From the NCBI GenBank assembly GCA_050294405.1, contig JBNKOC010000026.1, positions 1-64,000 on the forward strand: DNA of 64,000 nt. Direction: 5' to 3'. The notes under the pieces were generated by a model that did not search any database, had not been told where the DNA came from, and saw nothing but the letters and a program-made list of their open reading frames with translations. Below are positions 30,883-41,573 of the stretch, one piece after another. Made by a program: the position numbers and the translations under genes. The DNA comes from Fibrobacteria bacterium (GTDB lineage: Bacteria > Fibrobacterota > Fibrobacteria > UBA11236 > JADFYW01). How positions within the stretch are numbered: position 1 is the first letter of the stretch; every line of letters begins with the position of its first letter.

Positions 30883-31275
30883 TTATTTAAGGCTTACTGT
30901 TGCACCTGCTGCTTCGAGCTCGCCTTTGAATTTTTCAGCTTCCTCTTTTGCTACGCCTTCTTTAACTGGTTTAGGAGCTCCGTCAACCAAAGCTTTGGCT
31001 TCGGCAAGTCCCAATCCGGTAATAGAGCGTACGGCTTTGATTACGTTAATTTTGTTAGCGCCAAAGCTGTCAAGAATAACGTCAAACTCGCTTTTCTCTT
31101 CAACGGCTGCTTCACCACCAGCTGCTCCGCCTGCTGCCATTACAACAGCACCGCCAGCTGCGGCTTCTAAGCCATGTTCTTCTTTTAGATAATCAGCCAA
31201 AGATTTAGCTTGTAAAAGAGATAGACCTACAATCTTATCTCCGATTTCTTTGATTTCTGCTGTTACTTCTGCCAT
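30883..31275 (-). CDS. rplL: 50S ribosomal protein L7/L12
   Basis: Ala/Gly hinge, [35 protein letters not shown]. Confidence 0.98.
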   Translation of the reverse strand: MAEVTAEIKEIGDKIVGLSLLQAKSLADYLKEEHGLEAAAGGAVVMAAGGAAGGEAAVEEKSEFDVILDSFGANKINVIKAVRSITGLGLAEAKALVDGAPKPVKEGVAKEEAEKFKGELEAAGATVSLK

Positions 31276-31313
31276 TTTCCACTTTCTCCGTTTTTATGGT
31301 TCTCGTTAATTTT

Positions 31314-31847
31314 TTATGCTGCTTTTTCCAGCTTTTCTACCAGAGCTTTAATTTGACCGGCAATTGTGCTGCCAGGGCCTTTGATATATCCAATCAAATT
31401 TGCCCCTGGTGACATTGCCAGAGATATGATAGTAGCTTGAAGCTCACGTTTACCTGGCATTTTTGCCAAGTCCTTAATGGAATCGCCAGCATAGTTTTGC
31501 GAATCCATTTGAACGCCTTTCACTTCCAAAAATCCATCATTTTCTTTTTGGAAATCCACAATTATTTTAGCTGGTTGTGCTGGATCTTCCGCATCGGCTA
31601 AAATCAGGGAGGTTGGACCGATTAAATATTCGTCGAGTCCGGTAATTTCACATTTTTCAAAAACCCTTTTTAACAAAGTGTTTTTGACAACTTGCATATG
31701 AACACCCTTTTCTTTAAAGGAGGAACGCAAGCCGCTTAAAGTGGGAACATTAATTCCCTTATAATCCGCCAAATAAATAGCTGAGGCGTTATTAACATCG
31801 TCAATAAGGCTCTCAACTACACCTTTTTTTTCTTCTATAGTCTGCAT
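31314..31847 (-). CDS. rplJ: 50S ribosomal protein L10
   Basis: ADYKG.NV..L..LR, VVKNTL, L.GPT; lies between rplA and rplL. Confidence 0.96.
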   Translation of the reverse strand: MQTIEEKKGVVESLIDDVNNASAIYLADYKGINVPTLSGLRSSFKEKGVHMQVVKNTLLKRVFEKCEITGLDEYLIGPTSLILADAEDPAQPAKIIVDFQKENDGFLEVKGVQMDSQNYAGDSIKDLAKMPGKRELQATIISLAMSPGANLIGYIKGPGSTIAGQIKALVEKLEKAA

Positions 31848-31876
31848 GATAATTCCTAATTGCTCTTAAGCTATGT

Positions 31877-32569
31877 TTACCTTCCAATAGTTTTTGACAA
31901 AGCCAGGCTGGGAGTCATTGTACCCGCAATGTAAGAGCTGCGTACATATTCCCCTTTGGCGGCAGAAGGTTTTGCTTTGATAATTGCTTCAATAAAAGCC
32001 ACGGCGTTTTCCGCTAACTTTTTAGGTTCAAAAGAAAGTTTACCCACAGTACCGTGGATGTTTGAACCCTTGTCTACTCTAAAAGACACTTTACCAGCAG
32101 CCAATTCTTGAATGGCTTTGGCAATATCCGGCGTTACAGTTCCGGTTTTAGGATTTGGCATTAATCCACGAGGTCCCAAAACCCTGGCCACGCGGCCCAC
32201 TAAAGGCATCATGTCGGGAGTAGCTACCACTTTATCAAAGTCAAGCCAACCTTCAGTGATTTTTTGAACTAAATCTTCTGCACCAACAAAAATAGCCCCG
32301 GCCTCTTCAGCAGCTTTGGCGTTATCGCCTTTAGCAAAAGCCACAACTCTTACAGTTTGTCCAGTTCCATTGGGAAGAACCACATTTCCACGAACCACTT
32401 GGTCCGCGTGTTTTGGATCTACGCCTAAGTTCATATGAATTTCTACAGACTGATCAAACTTAAAAGCTGAATTGTCTTTTAAAATTTGGATAGCTTCTTC
32501 CAAATCGTAATTTTTTTCAGGAGAAATTTTCTCCATTATTTTCTTATAAATTTTGCCACGCTTTTTCAT
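31877..32569 (-). CDS. rplA: 50S ribosomal protein L1
   Basis: [36 protein letters not shown]. Confidence 0.98.
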   Translation of the reverse strand: MKKRGKIYKKIMEKISPEKNYDLEEAIQILKDNSAFKFDQSVEIHMNLGVDPKHADQVVRGNVVLPNGTGQTVRVVAFAKGDNAKAAEEAGAIFVGAEDLVQKITEGWLDFDKVVATPDMMPLVGRVARVLGPRGLMPNPKTGTVTPDIAKAIQELAAGKVSFRVDKGSNIHGTVGKLSFEPKKLAENAVAFIEAIIKAKPSAAKGEYVRSSYIAGTMTPSLALSKTIGR

Positions 32570-32571
32570 AC

Positions 32572-32997
32572 TTAACCTATAATTTCCACGCCCATACTTT
32601 TTGCTGTGCCTTCAACCATTCTGCAAGCCGCATCCAAATCTGTTGTGTTTAAATCGGGCATCTTGGTTTGTGCAATTTCTTCAATTTGTTTTTTTGAAAT
32701 CTTTCCAACTTTTTTTCTGTTTGGTTCGGGTGAGCCGCTTTTTAACTTAAGCGCCTTTTTGATTAAAACAGGGGTTGGAGGAGTTTTTGTAATAAAAGAA
32801 AAGGATTTATCCACATAAACTGTGATCACAACTGGAATAATATATCCGGCCTGATCCTGAGTCTTAGCGTTAAAAGCCTTACAAAACTCCATAATATTAA
32901 CACCTTTTTGACCTAATGCAGGGCCAACAGGTGGGGACGGATTGGCCTTTCCGGCTTCAATCTGTAATTTGATATATCCTGCTACTTTCTTTGCCAA
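32572..32997 (-). CDS. rplK: 50S ribosomal protein L11
   Basis: [30 protein letters not shown] start with GAGGAG SD. Confidence 0.98.
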   Translation of the reverse strand: MAKKVAGYIKLQIEAGKANPSPPVGPALGQKGVNIMEFCKAFNAKTQDQAGYIIPVVITVYVDKSFSFITKTPPTPVLIKKALKLKSGSPEPNRKKVGKISKKQIEEIAQTKMPDLNTTDLDAACRMVEGTAKSMGVEIIG

Positions 32998-33021
32998 AAC
33001 CTAACTCCTCGAAACAGCGCC

Positions 33022-33555
33022 TTAAGTTAAGGATTCCACTTGAACGAAATCCAATTCCACCGGGGTGGATCTTCCAAATACGCTGACTAAAACTTTTATT
33101 TTTCCTTTTTCCGGATTCACTTCTTCAACGGTGCCGTCAAAGTCCTTAAATGGACCGTCTTTAATTTTCACAGTGTCGCCAGATTGATAAGGAATTTCCA
33201 CTTCCCCAGCATCGGCTTCTTCCGGATTTGTTTGACCTAAAATTCTTTTAACTTCCGCCTCACGTAAAGGCTGAGGTTTACCCACTCCCACAAAATGTGT
33301 TACACCGGGAATGTCTGTTACAAAGTGAAGGGTCTCTTTGTTCATTTCCATTTCCACAATGATATAACTGGGAAAATACTTTCTGTCGCGGGCAATTTTT
33401 TTACCCTTAGTTACAGACACTACTTCCCTGGTGGGCATTAATATTTCGCCAAAATAAGGTGACATCTCAGTTTTCTCAACCATCATTTCCAGGTGAGCTT
33501 TCACCTTTGACTCTTGGCCGGAGTATGTATGTACGACGTACCACTTTTTACTCAT
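33022..33555 (-). CDS. nusG: Transcription antitermination factor NusG
   Basis: WYVVHTYSGQE, KOW domain GPFKDFDG.VEEV, FGRSTPVEL; ATG 33555. Confidence 0.97.
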   Translation of the reverse strand: MSKKWYVVHTYSGQESKVKAHLEMMVEKTEMSPYFGEILMPTREVVSVTKGKKIARDRKYFPSYIIVEMEMNKETLHFVTDIPGVTHFVGVGKPQPLREAEVKRILGQTNPEEADAGEVEIPYQSGDTVKIKDGPFKDFDGTVEEVNPEKGKIKVLVSVFGRSTPVELDFVQVESLT

Positions 33556-33568
33556 GACATCACCCTGT

Positions 33569-33763
33569 TTAAGCTCCAAAAATTTCAGCAATTTTGCCCA
33601 CTAAATTCAAAAGGGCGAAATCCACTAGGGCCACATAGGCCGATGCTATTAAAGCGAACACAACAACAGCAACTGTGGCCCCCTTGAGTTCATCCCAAGA
33701 TGGCCAGGTTACCTTTTTCAGTTCAGTAATAACGTCTTTTATGTAGTTCTGAAATTTTCTCAT
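33569..33763 (-). CDS. secE: Preprotein translocase subunit SecE
   Basis: ELKKVTWPS motif plus one TM helix; ATG 33763, because the longer ORF call overlaps tRNA-Trp. Confidence 0.95.
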   Translation of the reverse strand: MRKFQNYIKDVITELKKVTWPSWDELKGATVAVVVFALIASAYVALVDFALLNLVGKIAEIFGA

Positions 33764-33783
33764 AATACTGCGGTTTCTTTCAC

Positions 33784-33856
33784 CAGGTCTGGAGGGACTC
33801 GAACCCCCAACCAATGGTTTTGGAGACCACTACTCTACCAATTGAGCTACAGACCT
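33784..33856 (-). tRNA. tRNA-Trp(CCA)
   Basis: AGGTCTG/CAGACCT acceptor stem, anticodon loop CT-CCA-AA, TTCGAGT T-loop; 3' CCA not encoded. Confidence 0.96.
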
Positions 33857-33868
33857 ATAATTCTCCAA

Positions 33869-35059
33869 TTATTCAAGAATTTCTGTAACAACTCCTGCAC
33901 CTACAGTTCGGCCACCTTCACGGATAGCAAAACGCAAGTCTTTGTTCATAGCAACTGGAGCAATCAAAGCGCCAGTAATTTCAATGTTATCACCAGGCAT
34001 AACCATTTCAGTACCTTCGGGCAATGTAATTTCGCCAGTTACGTCGGTAGTTCTGAAATAGAACTGAGGACGATATCCTTTGAAAAAAGGAGTATGTCTT
34101 CCACCTTCGTCTTTGCTCAAAATATAAACATTGGCTTTGAACTTGGTATGAGGCTTGATGCTTCCGGGTTTGCAAAGTACTTGTCCACGGGAAATGTCGC
34201 TTTTTTCAACACCGCGAAGAAGCAAACCAACGTTATCACCAGCTTGAGCGTCTTCCAGCAATTTGCGGAACATTTCAACGCCAGTTACAACAAATTTTTT
34301 GGTTTCAGCAAAGCCAACTCTTTCTACTTCATCAGAAACGTGAACTTTACCAGTTTCAATTCTGCCAGTGGCAACAGTACCACGACCAGTGATTGAGAAA
34401 ACATCTTCAATAGGCATCAAGAAATCTTTGTCGACTTCGCGAACGGGCTCAGGAATATAAGAGTCGCAAGATTCCATTAATTTCATAATAGCTGGAGCGC
34501 CTAATTCACTTTCGTCACCTTCCAGGGCTTTTAATGCAGACCCAGGAATAATAGGAATGTCGTCGCCAGGGAATTCGTATTTGCTAAGCAACTCGCGAAC
34601 TTCCATTTCAACCAGTTCGATAAGTTCTTTATCGTCAACCATATCTACTTTGTTCAAAAATACAACCAGAGCAGGAACGCCAACCTGACGTGCCAAAAGG
34701 ATGTGTTCACGAGTCTGAGGCATTGGGCCATCTGCTGCGGAACAAACCAAAATAGCTCCGTCCATTTGAGCGGCACCAGTAACCATGTTTTTTACATAGT
34801 CGGCGTGCCCCGGGCAATCTACGTGAGCATAGTGACGAGATTCAGTTTGATATTCAACATGGGAAGTATTAATAGTGATTCCACGTTCTCTTTCTTCTGG
34901 AGCATTGTCAATTTCCGCAAACGATTTAGCGGTAGTGCCCCCAGCTTTTGCCAATACGGTACAAATAGCTGCAGTTAGTGTTGTTTTACCATGATCAACG
35001 TGACCGATGGTGCCAATGTTGACGTGTGGCTTAGTCCTTTCAAATTTTTCTTTTCCCAT
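33869..35059 (-). CDS. tuf: Elongation factor Tu
   Basis: [43 protein letters not shown]. Confidence 0.99.
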   Translation of the reverse strand: MGKEKFERTKPHVNIGTIGHVDHGKTTLTAAICTVLAKAGGTTAKSFAEIDNAPEERERGITINTSHVEYQTESRHYAHVDCPGHADYVKNMVTGAAQMDGAILVCSAADGPMPQTREHILLARQVGVPALVVFLNKVDMVDDKELIELVEMEVRELLSKYEFPGDDIPIIPGSALKALEGDESELGAPAIMKLMESCDSYIPEPVREVDKDFLMPIEDVFSITGRGTVATGRIETGKVHVSDEVERVGFAETKKFVVTGVEMFRKLLEDAQAGDNVGLLLRGVEKSDISRGQVLCKPGSIKPHTKFKANVYILSKDEGGRHTPFFKGYRPQFYFRTTDVTGEITLPEGTEMVMPGDNIEITGALIAPVAMNKDLRFAIREGGRTVGAGVVTEILE

Positions 35060-35167
35060 TTTCTATAGGCTCCTGTACACGGTTAATTTAATACCACAAA
35101 TTTTTAGTGAGGTGGTATAGTAGTAATTTCAATTTTATTTTTCATCAACTTTTTTAAGATTTTTTTC

Positions 35168-35242
<75 letters not shown>

Positions 35243-35255
35243 AATAAAAAAGGAG

Positions 35256-35331
35256 TGGAGCGAGCTAACGGACTCGAACCGTCAACATTCACCTTGGAAG
35301 GGTGATGCTCTACCAATTGAGCTAAGCTCGC
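35256..35331 (-). tRNA. tRNA-Gly(TCC)
   Basis: GCGAGCT/AGCTCGC acceptor stem, anticodon TCC, CCA encoded. Confidence 0.96.
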
Positions 35332-35348
35332 CCGAACTCCTAAAATTT

Positions 35349-35430
35349 TGGGCCGAGGTGGGTTCGAACCACCGTAGGCGTAGCCAGTGGATTTACAGTC
35401 CACCCCCATTAACCACTCGGGCATCGACCC
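35349..35430 (-). tRNA. tRNA-Tyr(GTA)
   Basis: GGGTCGA/TCGGCCC acceptor stem, anticodon GTA, long variable arm; CCA not encoded. Confidence 0.96.
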
Positions 35431-35441
35431 ATAATTTCAAA

Positions 35442-35514
35442 AGCCAAAGATAGGAGTCGAACCTACGACCGGCTGATTACAAATCAGCTGCTCTACCAAC
35501 TGAGCTACTTTGGC
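35442..35514 (-). tRNA. tRNA-Thr(TGT)
   Basis: GCCAAAG/CTTTGGC acceptor stem, anticodon TGT; CCA not encoded. Confidence 0.96.
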
Positions 35515-35537
35515 AAAATAGCTTAAAATTCGGGAAC

Positions 35538-35567
35538 AAGATAAAAACAGCCCCTTGGAATTGTCAA
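35538..35567 (-). promoter_or_regulatory. Sigma70-like promoter of the tRNA-tuf operon
   Basis: TTGACA-N18-TATCTT, about 24 nt upstream of the first tRNA. Confidence 0.6.
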
Positions 35568-35606
35568 AATAATTCGGTAGAAAGGCAAATTATTTTCTGA
35601 GTCATT

Positions 35607-36494
35607 TCAAAGCTGGCTACGACTGGCAAATTGAGCCCTATCTCTTTTAACCATTTCCTTGTAAGCCCCCATTATTTTATGGGTCCAGCTACCTTCCCCA
35701 GGAACTGGAATTTTCCGGCCTCCTATCTTATTAATAGGAACAATTCCGCGTACCGAAGAAGTTAAAAATGCTTCCTGCATTCTTGGAATTTGGTTCAAAA
35801 ACACCGGTTTTTCCAAAACAGGCCAGTTGTGCCGCTTGCAAAGGGATAGTATGGATTTTCTGGTAATTCCAGGTAAAATGCCCGTTTCCAGGGGTGGAGT
35901 CACTATTTTTCCCCTAAAAACGCCAAAAAAGCTGGCTGTGCTAAGCTCGGCAATTTCCCCTTTTTTTCCCAATAAAATAGCCTCAAAACATTTTTGGGCA
36001 TCGGCTTCTGCTTTTGCAAAAATATTGGCGAGATAATTTGTGGTTTTTACACTGGAATCCACTCCAGAAGCGGCTGCTTTATTAATGCTACTAATGGCAA
36101 TGGGCACCCCTTTGGAATAAATTTCCGCAGGTAATCCCTGCACCGCTTTAACGGTGATAACCAGCGTGGGTGTGGTTTTTTTGGGCAACGACAAGCCCCC
36201 ATCGTAATAGCCACGGGTTAACGTAATGCGAACAGCGGCATCGGATATTTTGCTTTTTTTGCACAAGCTAAAAATAATGCCCCCCATTTCCTCTTGGGTT
36301 AGGGGCATGGGAAAACGCAATTTTTTGCAGGAGCGTTTCATACGGATGTAATGATCCTTTAAAAATTCCGGGCAAAAATCCACGGCCCGCATAGTTTCAA
36401 AAAGGCCATCTCCTAATACAAATCCCCTGTCAAACACAGATACCAGCGCTTTGTTTTCGGGAACTATTTTTCCATTAACATAGGCGTAATTCAT
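35607..36494 (-). CDS. PLP-dependent aminotransferase class IV (IlvE/PabC/Dat family)
   Basis: VSVFDRGF.LGDGLFETMR, catalytic Lys in VKTTNY, GILPGITR, EAFLTSS; start 36494 or 36518. Confidence 0.92.
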   Translation of the reverse strand: MNYAYVNGKIVPENKALVSVFDRGFVLGDGLFETMRAVDFCPEFLKDHYIRMKRSCKKLRFPMPLTQEEMGGIIFSLCKKSKISDAAVRITLTRGYYDGGLSLPKKTTPTLVITVKAVQGLPAEIYSKGVPIAISSINKAAASGVDSSVKTTNYLANIFAKAEADAQKCFEAILLGKKGEIAELSTASFFGVFRGKIVTPPLETGILPGITRKSILSLCKRHNWPVLEKPVFLNQIPRMQEAFLTSSVRGIVPINKIGGRKIPVPGEGSWTHKIMGAYKEMVKRDRAQFASRSQL

Positions 36495-36507
36495 GTTATG
36501 ACTGCTT

Positions 36508-39500
36508 TCACCGTCCAAACTGCCTTTTTATCTTCCTTTGAGAATGGCTGGGAGTAAAATTAGGTTTTGAGCCACTTAAAAGGCCATTGTAAAATCCCAA
36601 AGAAATTCCAAAGCTTACTCTGGTAGCTCCTGTAGGTATACCAAACATATCTATTTTGGGAATGGATATTAACTTACCTTCTGAATTGCGAACATCGTTC
36701 AGGGCTGTGGCCGCTTCAAAATAAACATTAAAAGGATAGTTATGATAAATACGGCTGTTTAATTTTAGCCCCCAACCAATGGTTTGCCTAAAAGACGAAT
36801 TGACTTTACTTTCATCCCAATTTTCAGCCTCCCACAAACCGATATCTTTTAGCTTCCCGTTCCAGGCCCGTCCACTTTCCCAAAAAATTTGGGCATAAAC
36901 ATCCTCTAAAAATAAAATCCAGTATTCCTTGTATATGTCATTTATAAGGGCCTGGTTGTAATCCAAACCCAATACAGTAGTATTTTCACCTCTCATCAAA
37001 AGGTTCTCCGTATCTTCCAAATAGGGATACCCCCTGATAAACACCCCTCTTTCAAAAAAGGAATTTAATGTGTCCACTTCATTTTCATGTTCTTTCCAGG
37101 AAAGTATGCTTCCGATAGCGATGGAAAACCGAAGGGAGCTCCACTTGGACCAGGGCACCGAAAAGCCATAATCAAGACCCATGTCCAGTTCGTGGAGGGA
37201 GTAATCTCGAAACACAGGCTTGATAACTCCGTTTTCAAACTTAAAAGTTTCCCGGAAAGTTCCCCCCCGGAAAAGGTTGGAATAGTTATAAGAATACGCA
37301 GCATACCCGGCCATTCCCTTGGGAGCCACATTGGATTTACTTCCTGGGGTAACGCCGTAAAACCAAAGGGCCGGCATCACGGTAAAGGTTTTGTAAAAGG
37401 GAAAATCAAAAGGCACTTCAAAAAAGTTAAAAGAATTTACAGAACGGCCTAATGTTAATGATAAAAAACTGTTTTTCATGGGATCGCCCATTTGATCGCC
37501 TTGAAAAAGACTGTATTGGAAATTGAGCTGGGCGCTATTTAGGGAAATAGCCTGGTTAGAAAGGGATGTATCGTTTTCATCCAGATTGTTTACAGACTGA
37601 TTTACGATGGTATCAAAGGTCACCAAATTTTTTCTGAACAAACCAATGCCCATGGAAACTGGGGTAGAATGATTGAAATAGCTTAAGAAAAGTTCTGATT
37701 CTTTATCTGGGTTTAAAAGGCCTGGCTCGGCGGCAAAATAATCCAGACCATTTCCCAATTCAAAAAGGCCTCCCAACGCCAATTCGTTTTTATAAACCGG
37801 ATCGTTTAAAAATATACTGGCGCCCCCTAGCCATTTGGTTTCACCTTCCAGGGCGTCTTTTTCCTTGGAAGTTATTTCCTGGCCAAACAACATGGGTTGG
37901 ATAATAAAGCGATTGGGAATTCCCAAATATTTTTCCCCAATACCCGAAAATTCCTGAGGTTCAAGAACCGCGCTGTCTTCTGGAGCCACCATTTTTACCC
38001 GGGGCGAACCAATTCTGGGACTCCAATCTTCCAAAAGATAAAGGGAAAAACCGTCTTTGTCATAATTGATGTATGCCAAGTCTTTGCCGTCGGGACTAAG
38101 AGCAGGTGAAAAAGCTCCACCGATAACATTGGTCACTCCCATGCTGCGACCTGATTCCAATTGATAACCATAAATGTTAAATATACCGGTGCTGTCGCTA
38201 ACAAACAAAAAAGACTTGCCATCGGGATGCCAAATGGGTTCCTGGTCGTGATAGGGGCGCTTTAGCAAATCCTTAAAACCAGTGCCATCGCTATTTATAA
38301 TGGCAATATTTTGAGACTGCCCTTCGTAATAGGAAAATAAAATCTGTTTTCCATCTGGAGAAAAAACCGGAGTGTAAACATTAAAGCCGAATTTGCCTTC
38401 CATATCTTTGGGATTGGGAAACAGGGTTTTTATATCATCGGAGCGAAACTCTCCTTTGCCATCTAGCTCAGCTACGCATAAATAAAAATTGGAGCGCACA
38501 CTGCGCACAAAGGTAATTTTTTTGCCGTCGGCGCTGAGGTTAGGCATAATAGCATTCAGATTCTTAGTCCAGCGTTTTTCGGCTTTGTCTTTTCCAAAGG
38601 AAATAAAGGGCTTTTCCACTTTGGCGTCATACTGGTAGATATCCAGTTTGGACTCCCCGTATTTATTGTGATTCTTGCCAGAAGAAAAATAAAAGACGCT
38701 GTCCTTCACATCAAAATACCCTCGCACCGGAGCGCCCACTCTTTGCATTTTCTCTTTTTCATCTACCGAATCGGCGAGTTGGTATTTGTATAAACTGGCC
38801 CCAAAGCCCTGTTTGCCTTTGTTAGAGACCAGATATATATTTTCCCCCTTGGCGTCCCAGTGGGGGTAATTGTTAAAAAAAGAATGTTTGCTGAGTTTTT
38901 TACCTTCCACAGGTTCGCCTATTTGCTGCAGCATTTCAGTGTAGTCTTGTTTTAGTTTGTTTTGCCAATCGCCCCAAAGTTCCGGTCCAGATTTTCCCAA
39001 CACCCGTTTTAGGGAAGCCGACAGGGTTTGGCGGTGCAGCCGGGCGTTCTCGGCCCACAATTTTAATATCACGGCATCGCCATAGGTCCCCGCAAGGTAT
39101 CGGGTAAACCCGTAGCCCTGGGTATAGGGCCCTTGTTCGTAATGGAGCCCTTTTCCAGCAAAGGTTCCCATGCGGGCATAGCTTAAAAGGGAGTCATTTA
39201 AAACAGCCACCCGCAATATCATATCCCGATGGGAGTCCCAGGAATCGTGGCCTGAAAGTTCCGATTCATATTGAGCCACACCCTCTGCAAACCAATTGGG
39301 CTGGCTGGTAAAGGGAACAACCGAGGTGAGGGACGACTGGATATCTTCGTTGTAATAATCCTGGTAACCAATGACCAGTCCGAATATGGAACTTGGAAAT
39401 TTGGAGCCTGCCTGAATAGAAACCAGATGGGAAAATTCATGGGTAATAACATCCTTCAGCCAATTGTGGGTGCTTCGCAAGGGAATGCCCCAATCGGTAA

Positions 39501-39894
39501 TCCAAATGTTCATGGTATTTTGATAGGCGTTGGCCCAGCCATTGGCCACAATATCTTCTCGAATAATAAACTCCACTTTTCCCGGGAGCTGTATGTTATA
39601 GCGTTTTATTTTTTCCTGATATATGGATTCAGAAATAGAGGCAATGTATTCGGCTTCAGGTTCCAGATGTTTGGCGTAATAAAAACGAAAATGCTCCGTT
39701 TCAGCCACTTTCCATTTTATGTGGGACTCATTTCGATTCCAGCTATAGCCAAAAATATTTTGGCCAAGCAGGGCAAAAAGTAGCAGCGAAAGCCATCCAG
39801 GATGAGTAGCAAAGCTAAATAATTTTTTGAAGGAAAAAAAAATAACCAACCTTGTCCTTTTTAGATTGAATAAGGATATACTACAAAATTGCAT
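36508..39894 (-). CDS. Outer-membrane protein: gluzincin-like peptidase + PD40/TolB-like beta-propeller + Omp85-like barrel
   Basis: THEFSH and WFAEGVAQY; repeats P.(F/W/L)SPDGK...F; IRGY motif within a C-terminal amphipathic-strand region; start codon uncertain. Confidence 0.75.
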   Translation of the reverse strand: MQFCSISLFNLKRTRLVIFFSFKKLFSFATHPGWLSLLLFALLGQNIFGYSWNRNESHIKWKVAETEHFRFYYAKHLEPEAEYIASISESIYQEKIKRYNIQLPGKVEFIIREDIVANGWANAYQNTMNIWITDWGIPLRSTHNWLKDVITHEFSHLVSIQAGSKFPSSIFGLVIGYQDYYNEDIQSSLTSVVPFTSQPNWFAEGVAQYESELSGHDSWDSHRDMILRVAVLNDSLLSYARMGTFAGKGLHYEQGPYTQGYGFTRYLAGTYGDAVILKLWAENARLHRQTLSASLKRVLGKSGPELWGDWQNKLKQDYTEMLQQIGEPVEGKKLSKHSFFNNYPHWDAKGENIYLVSNKGKQGFGASLYKYQLADSVDEKEKMQRVGAPVRGYFDVKDSVFYFSSGKNHNKYGESKLDIYQYDAKVEKPFISFGKDKAEKRWTKNLNAIMPNLSADGKKITFVRSVRSNFYLCVAELDGKGEFRSDDIKTLFPNPKDMEGKFGFNVYTPVFSPDGKQILFSYYEGQSQNIAIINSDGTGFKDLLKRPYHDQEPIWHPDGKSFLFVSDSTGIFNIYGYQLESGRSMGVTNVIGGAFSPALSPDGKDLAYINYDKDGFSLYLLEDWSPRIGSPRVKMVAPEDSAVLEPQEFSGIGEKYLGIPNRFIIQPMLFGQEITSKEKDALEGETKWLGGASIFLNDPVYKNELALGGLFELGNGLDYFAAEPGLLNPDKESELFLSYFNHSTPVSMGIGLFRKNLVTFDTIVNQSVNNLDENDTSLSNQAISLNSAQLNFQYSLFQGDQMGDPMKNSFLSLTLGRSVNSFNFFEVPFDFPFYKTFTVMPALWFYGVTPGSKSNVAPKGMAGYAAYSYNYSNLFRGGTFRETFKFENGVIKPVFRDYSLHELDMGLDYGFSVPWSKWSSLRFSIAIGSILSWKEHENEVDTLNSFFERGVFIRGYPYLEDTENLLMRGENTTVLGLDYNQALINDIYKEYWILFLEDVYAQIFWESGRAWNGKLKDIGLWEAENWDESKVNSSFRQTIGWGLKLNSRIYHNYPFNVYFEAATALNDVRNSEGKLISIPKIDMFGIPTGATRVSFGISLGFYNGLLSGSKPNFTPSHSQRKIKRQFGR

Positions 39895-40013
39895 TTACTC
39901 TTAAAGGATAATCCCTAAAATTGCCCTTTTAATTATTTTCCTGCAAACAGTTTAAAAGTCTTATTTTATGGGCTTTAGCAATTTTTTGTTTTTGAACTAA
40001 ACAGGATGGAACC

Positions 40014-41471
40014 TTGGCCAGTTTTACCGAACGCTATCACGAGCTCACCAAATACAATCCTCAAACCATAGACAAATTGGGCCCGGTTCATTGGGAAGAG
40101 CAGCCCGCTCCCTTTAAGGAATTCCAGGGAACAGATAAAATTTCCTTGAGCTCCTTTTTGACCACCGACGAAAAAGAAGAAGGTAAAAAACCCTGGGTTT
40201 ATCATCCCAGTGCAAAAGCCCACATCAGTTTGTACGAAATCGCCCACCTGCTGTATTTTACCTCCGGCATCACGGCAAAAATGACCACTGGCGCCGGAGA
40301 TTTATTTTTACGGGCAAATCCATCTGCGGGTGCCCTTTACCCCACGGAGACTTATTTAGCTGTGAAACCCGGACAGGAAATTCCCGAAGGCATTTACAAT
40401 TTTCATCCTTTGCACAATGATTTGTTTTTAATGGTGCAGGGAAACGTTTGGGAACGGTTAAGCGCCAATTTTTTCAACTTTCCTCAATTTGAAAACGCCG
40501 ATATTTGTGTTTTGTTTTCGGGGATTTACGGACGTAGCGCCTGGCGGTATAAAGAAAGGGCTTATCGAAGGATTTTACTGGACACAGGACACGCTTTGGG
40601 CAACCTGTTAGAAGTGTGTGAATTAATGAGGTTGCAAGCACAACTTTTAGCTGGATTCAAAGACAAAGAGCTCGAAGAAACCCTGCGCATGACTCCAATG
40701 GAAGAATTTCCCCTGGTGGGAGTGGCCCTCAGCAAAAACAAAAAAATGGAACCAACTCTGGAACAACCCTCCAGCCTTCCCCCAAAACAAGCCGTTCAAA
40801 ATCTGGACAACTCTCAACCTTTTCAAGTACAGCAAAACCAATGCGAACGCATTTGGGAAAATGTTGAAAATCCCAAAGAACAAGAAGCCAAAAAATCATA
40901 TAAAATTTCCTGGCCACTGGAGGTTTTAAAATGCATAAGCCAAAGACGCAGCTGCCGGGAGTTTTCGCCGGAAAATATTTTAAAAGAAGACCTGCAAAAA
41001 ATTTTGGCCTTTGCGTATCGGAATCTGGATTATTGCAATTGGCGAATGTCTCAAAATTTTTTGGAAAGCAAAGTTTTGGTATTGCGAGTGGACGGCATGG
41101 AGGAAGGCATTTACGATTGGGACGAAAAAACCCATGAATTCAAAATGCTGCGCGCCGGAGATTTGCAATCCGAATGTTTTCAAATGACCTTGGGTCAGGA
41201 AATTGGGGTTGCCGCTTCCGCCTTAGTTATCCACTATGCCCCCCTGGCCAAACTGACTGAAAAATTTGGCGACCGAGGTTATCGCTATAGTTGTTTAGAT
41301 GCCGGGCAAATAGGCGAGCGAATTAACCTTATTTGCATGGATTTAGGCCTGGGCTCCAGTGGCATTGGCGGCTATTATGACGATTTGGTAAATGAAGTAG
41401 CAGGCATTAGTCTTGAAAATGCCATTCTATACATTACCGCCATTGGAAAACCCGGTTCCAATTCCATTTAG
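40014..41471 (+). CDS. SagB/ThcOx-like tandem nitroreductase-fold flavoprotein
   Basis: YHELTKY, LRANPSAGALYPTE.Y, WRYKERAYR..LLDTGH; second domain RRSCREF, GDRGYRY..LDAG, GIGGYYDD. Confidence 0.88.
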   Translation: MASFTERYHELTKYNPQTIDKLGPVHWEEQPAPFKEFQGTDKISLSSFLTTDEKEEGKKPWVYHPSAKAHISLYEIAHLLYFTSGITAKMTTGAGDLFLRANPSAGALYPTETYLAVKPGQEIPEGIYNFHPLHNDLFLMVQGNVWERLSANFFNFPQFENADICVLFSGIYGRSAWRYKERAYRRILLDTGHALGNLLEVCELMRLQAQLLAGFKDKELEETLRMTPMEEFPLVGVALSKNKKMEPTLEQPSSLPPKQAVQNLDNSQPFQVQQNQCERIWENVENPKEQEAKKSYKISWPLEVLKCISQRRSCREFSPENILKEDLQKILAFAYRNLDYCNWRMSQNFLESKVLVLRVDGMEEGIYDWDEKTHEFKMLRAGDLQSECFQMTLGQEIGVAASALVIHYAPLAKLTEKFGDRGYRYSCLDAGQIGERINLICMDLGLGSSGIGGYYDDLVNEVAGISLENAILYITAIGKPGSNSI

Positions 41472-41573
41472 AATGGCCTTAATTGGCCCGCCCTTAAACT
41501 CCCAAATAGCCGGATATATTCTTATATTTCCTGGCCGAATTGGAATTAGAACAGGATTAACCAAGGCAAAATT

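Noticed and set aside
33842..34396. 184-aa plus-strand ORF
   Set aside because: Antisense to tuf and tRNA-Trp; a codon-bias shadow
39895..41573. Azole-containing RiPP cluster around the SagB-like gene
   Set aside because: No YcaO, precursor peptide, RRE protein or transporter nearby; flanked by housekeeping genes
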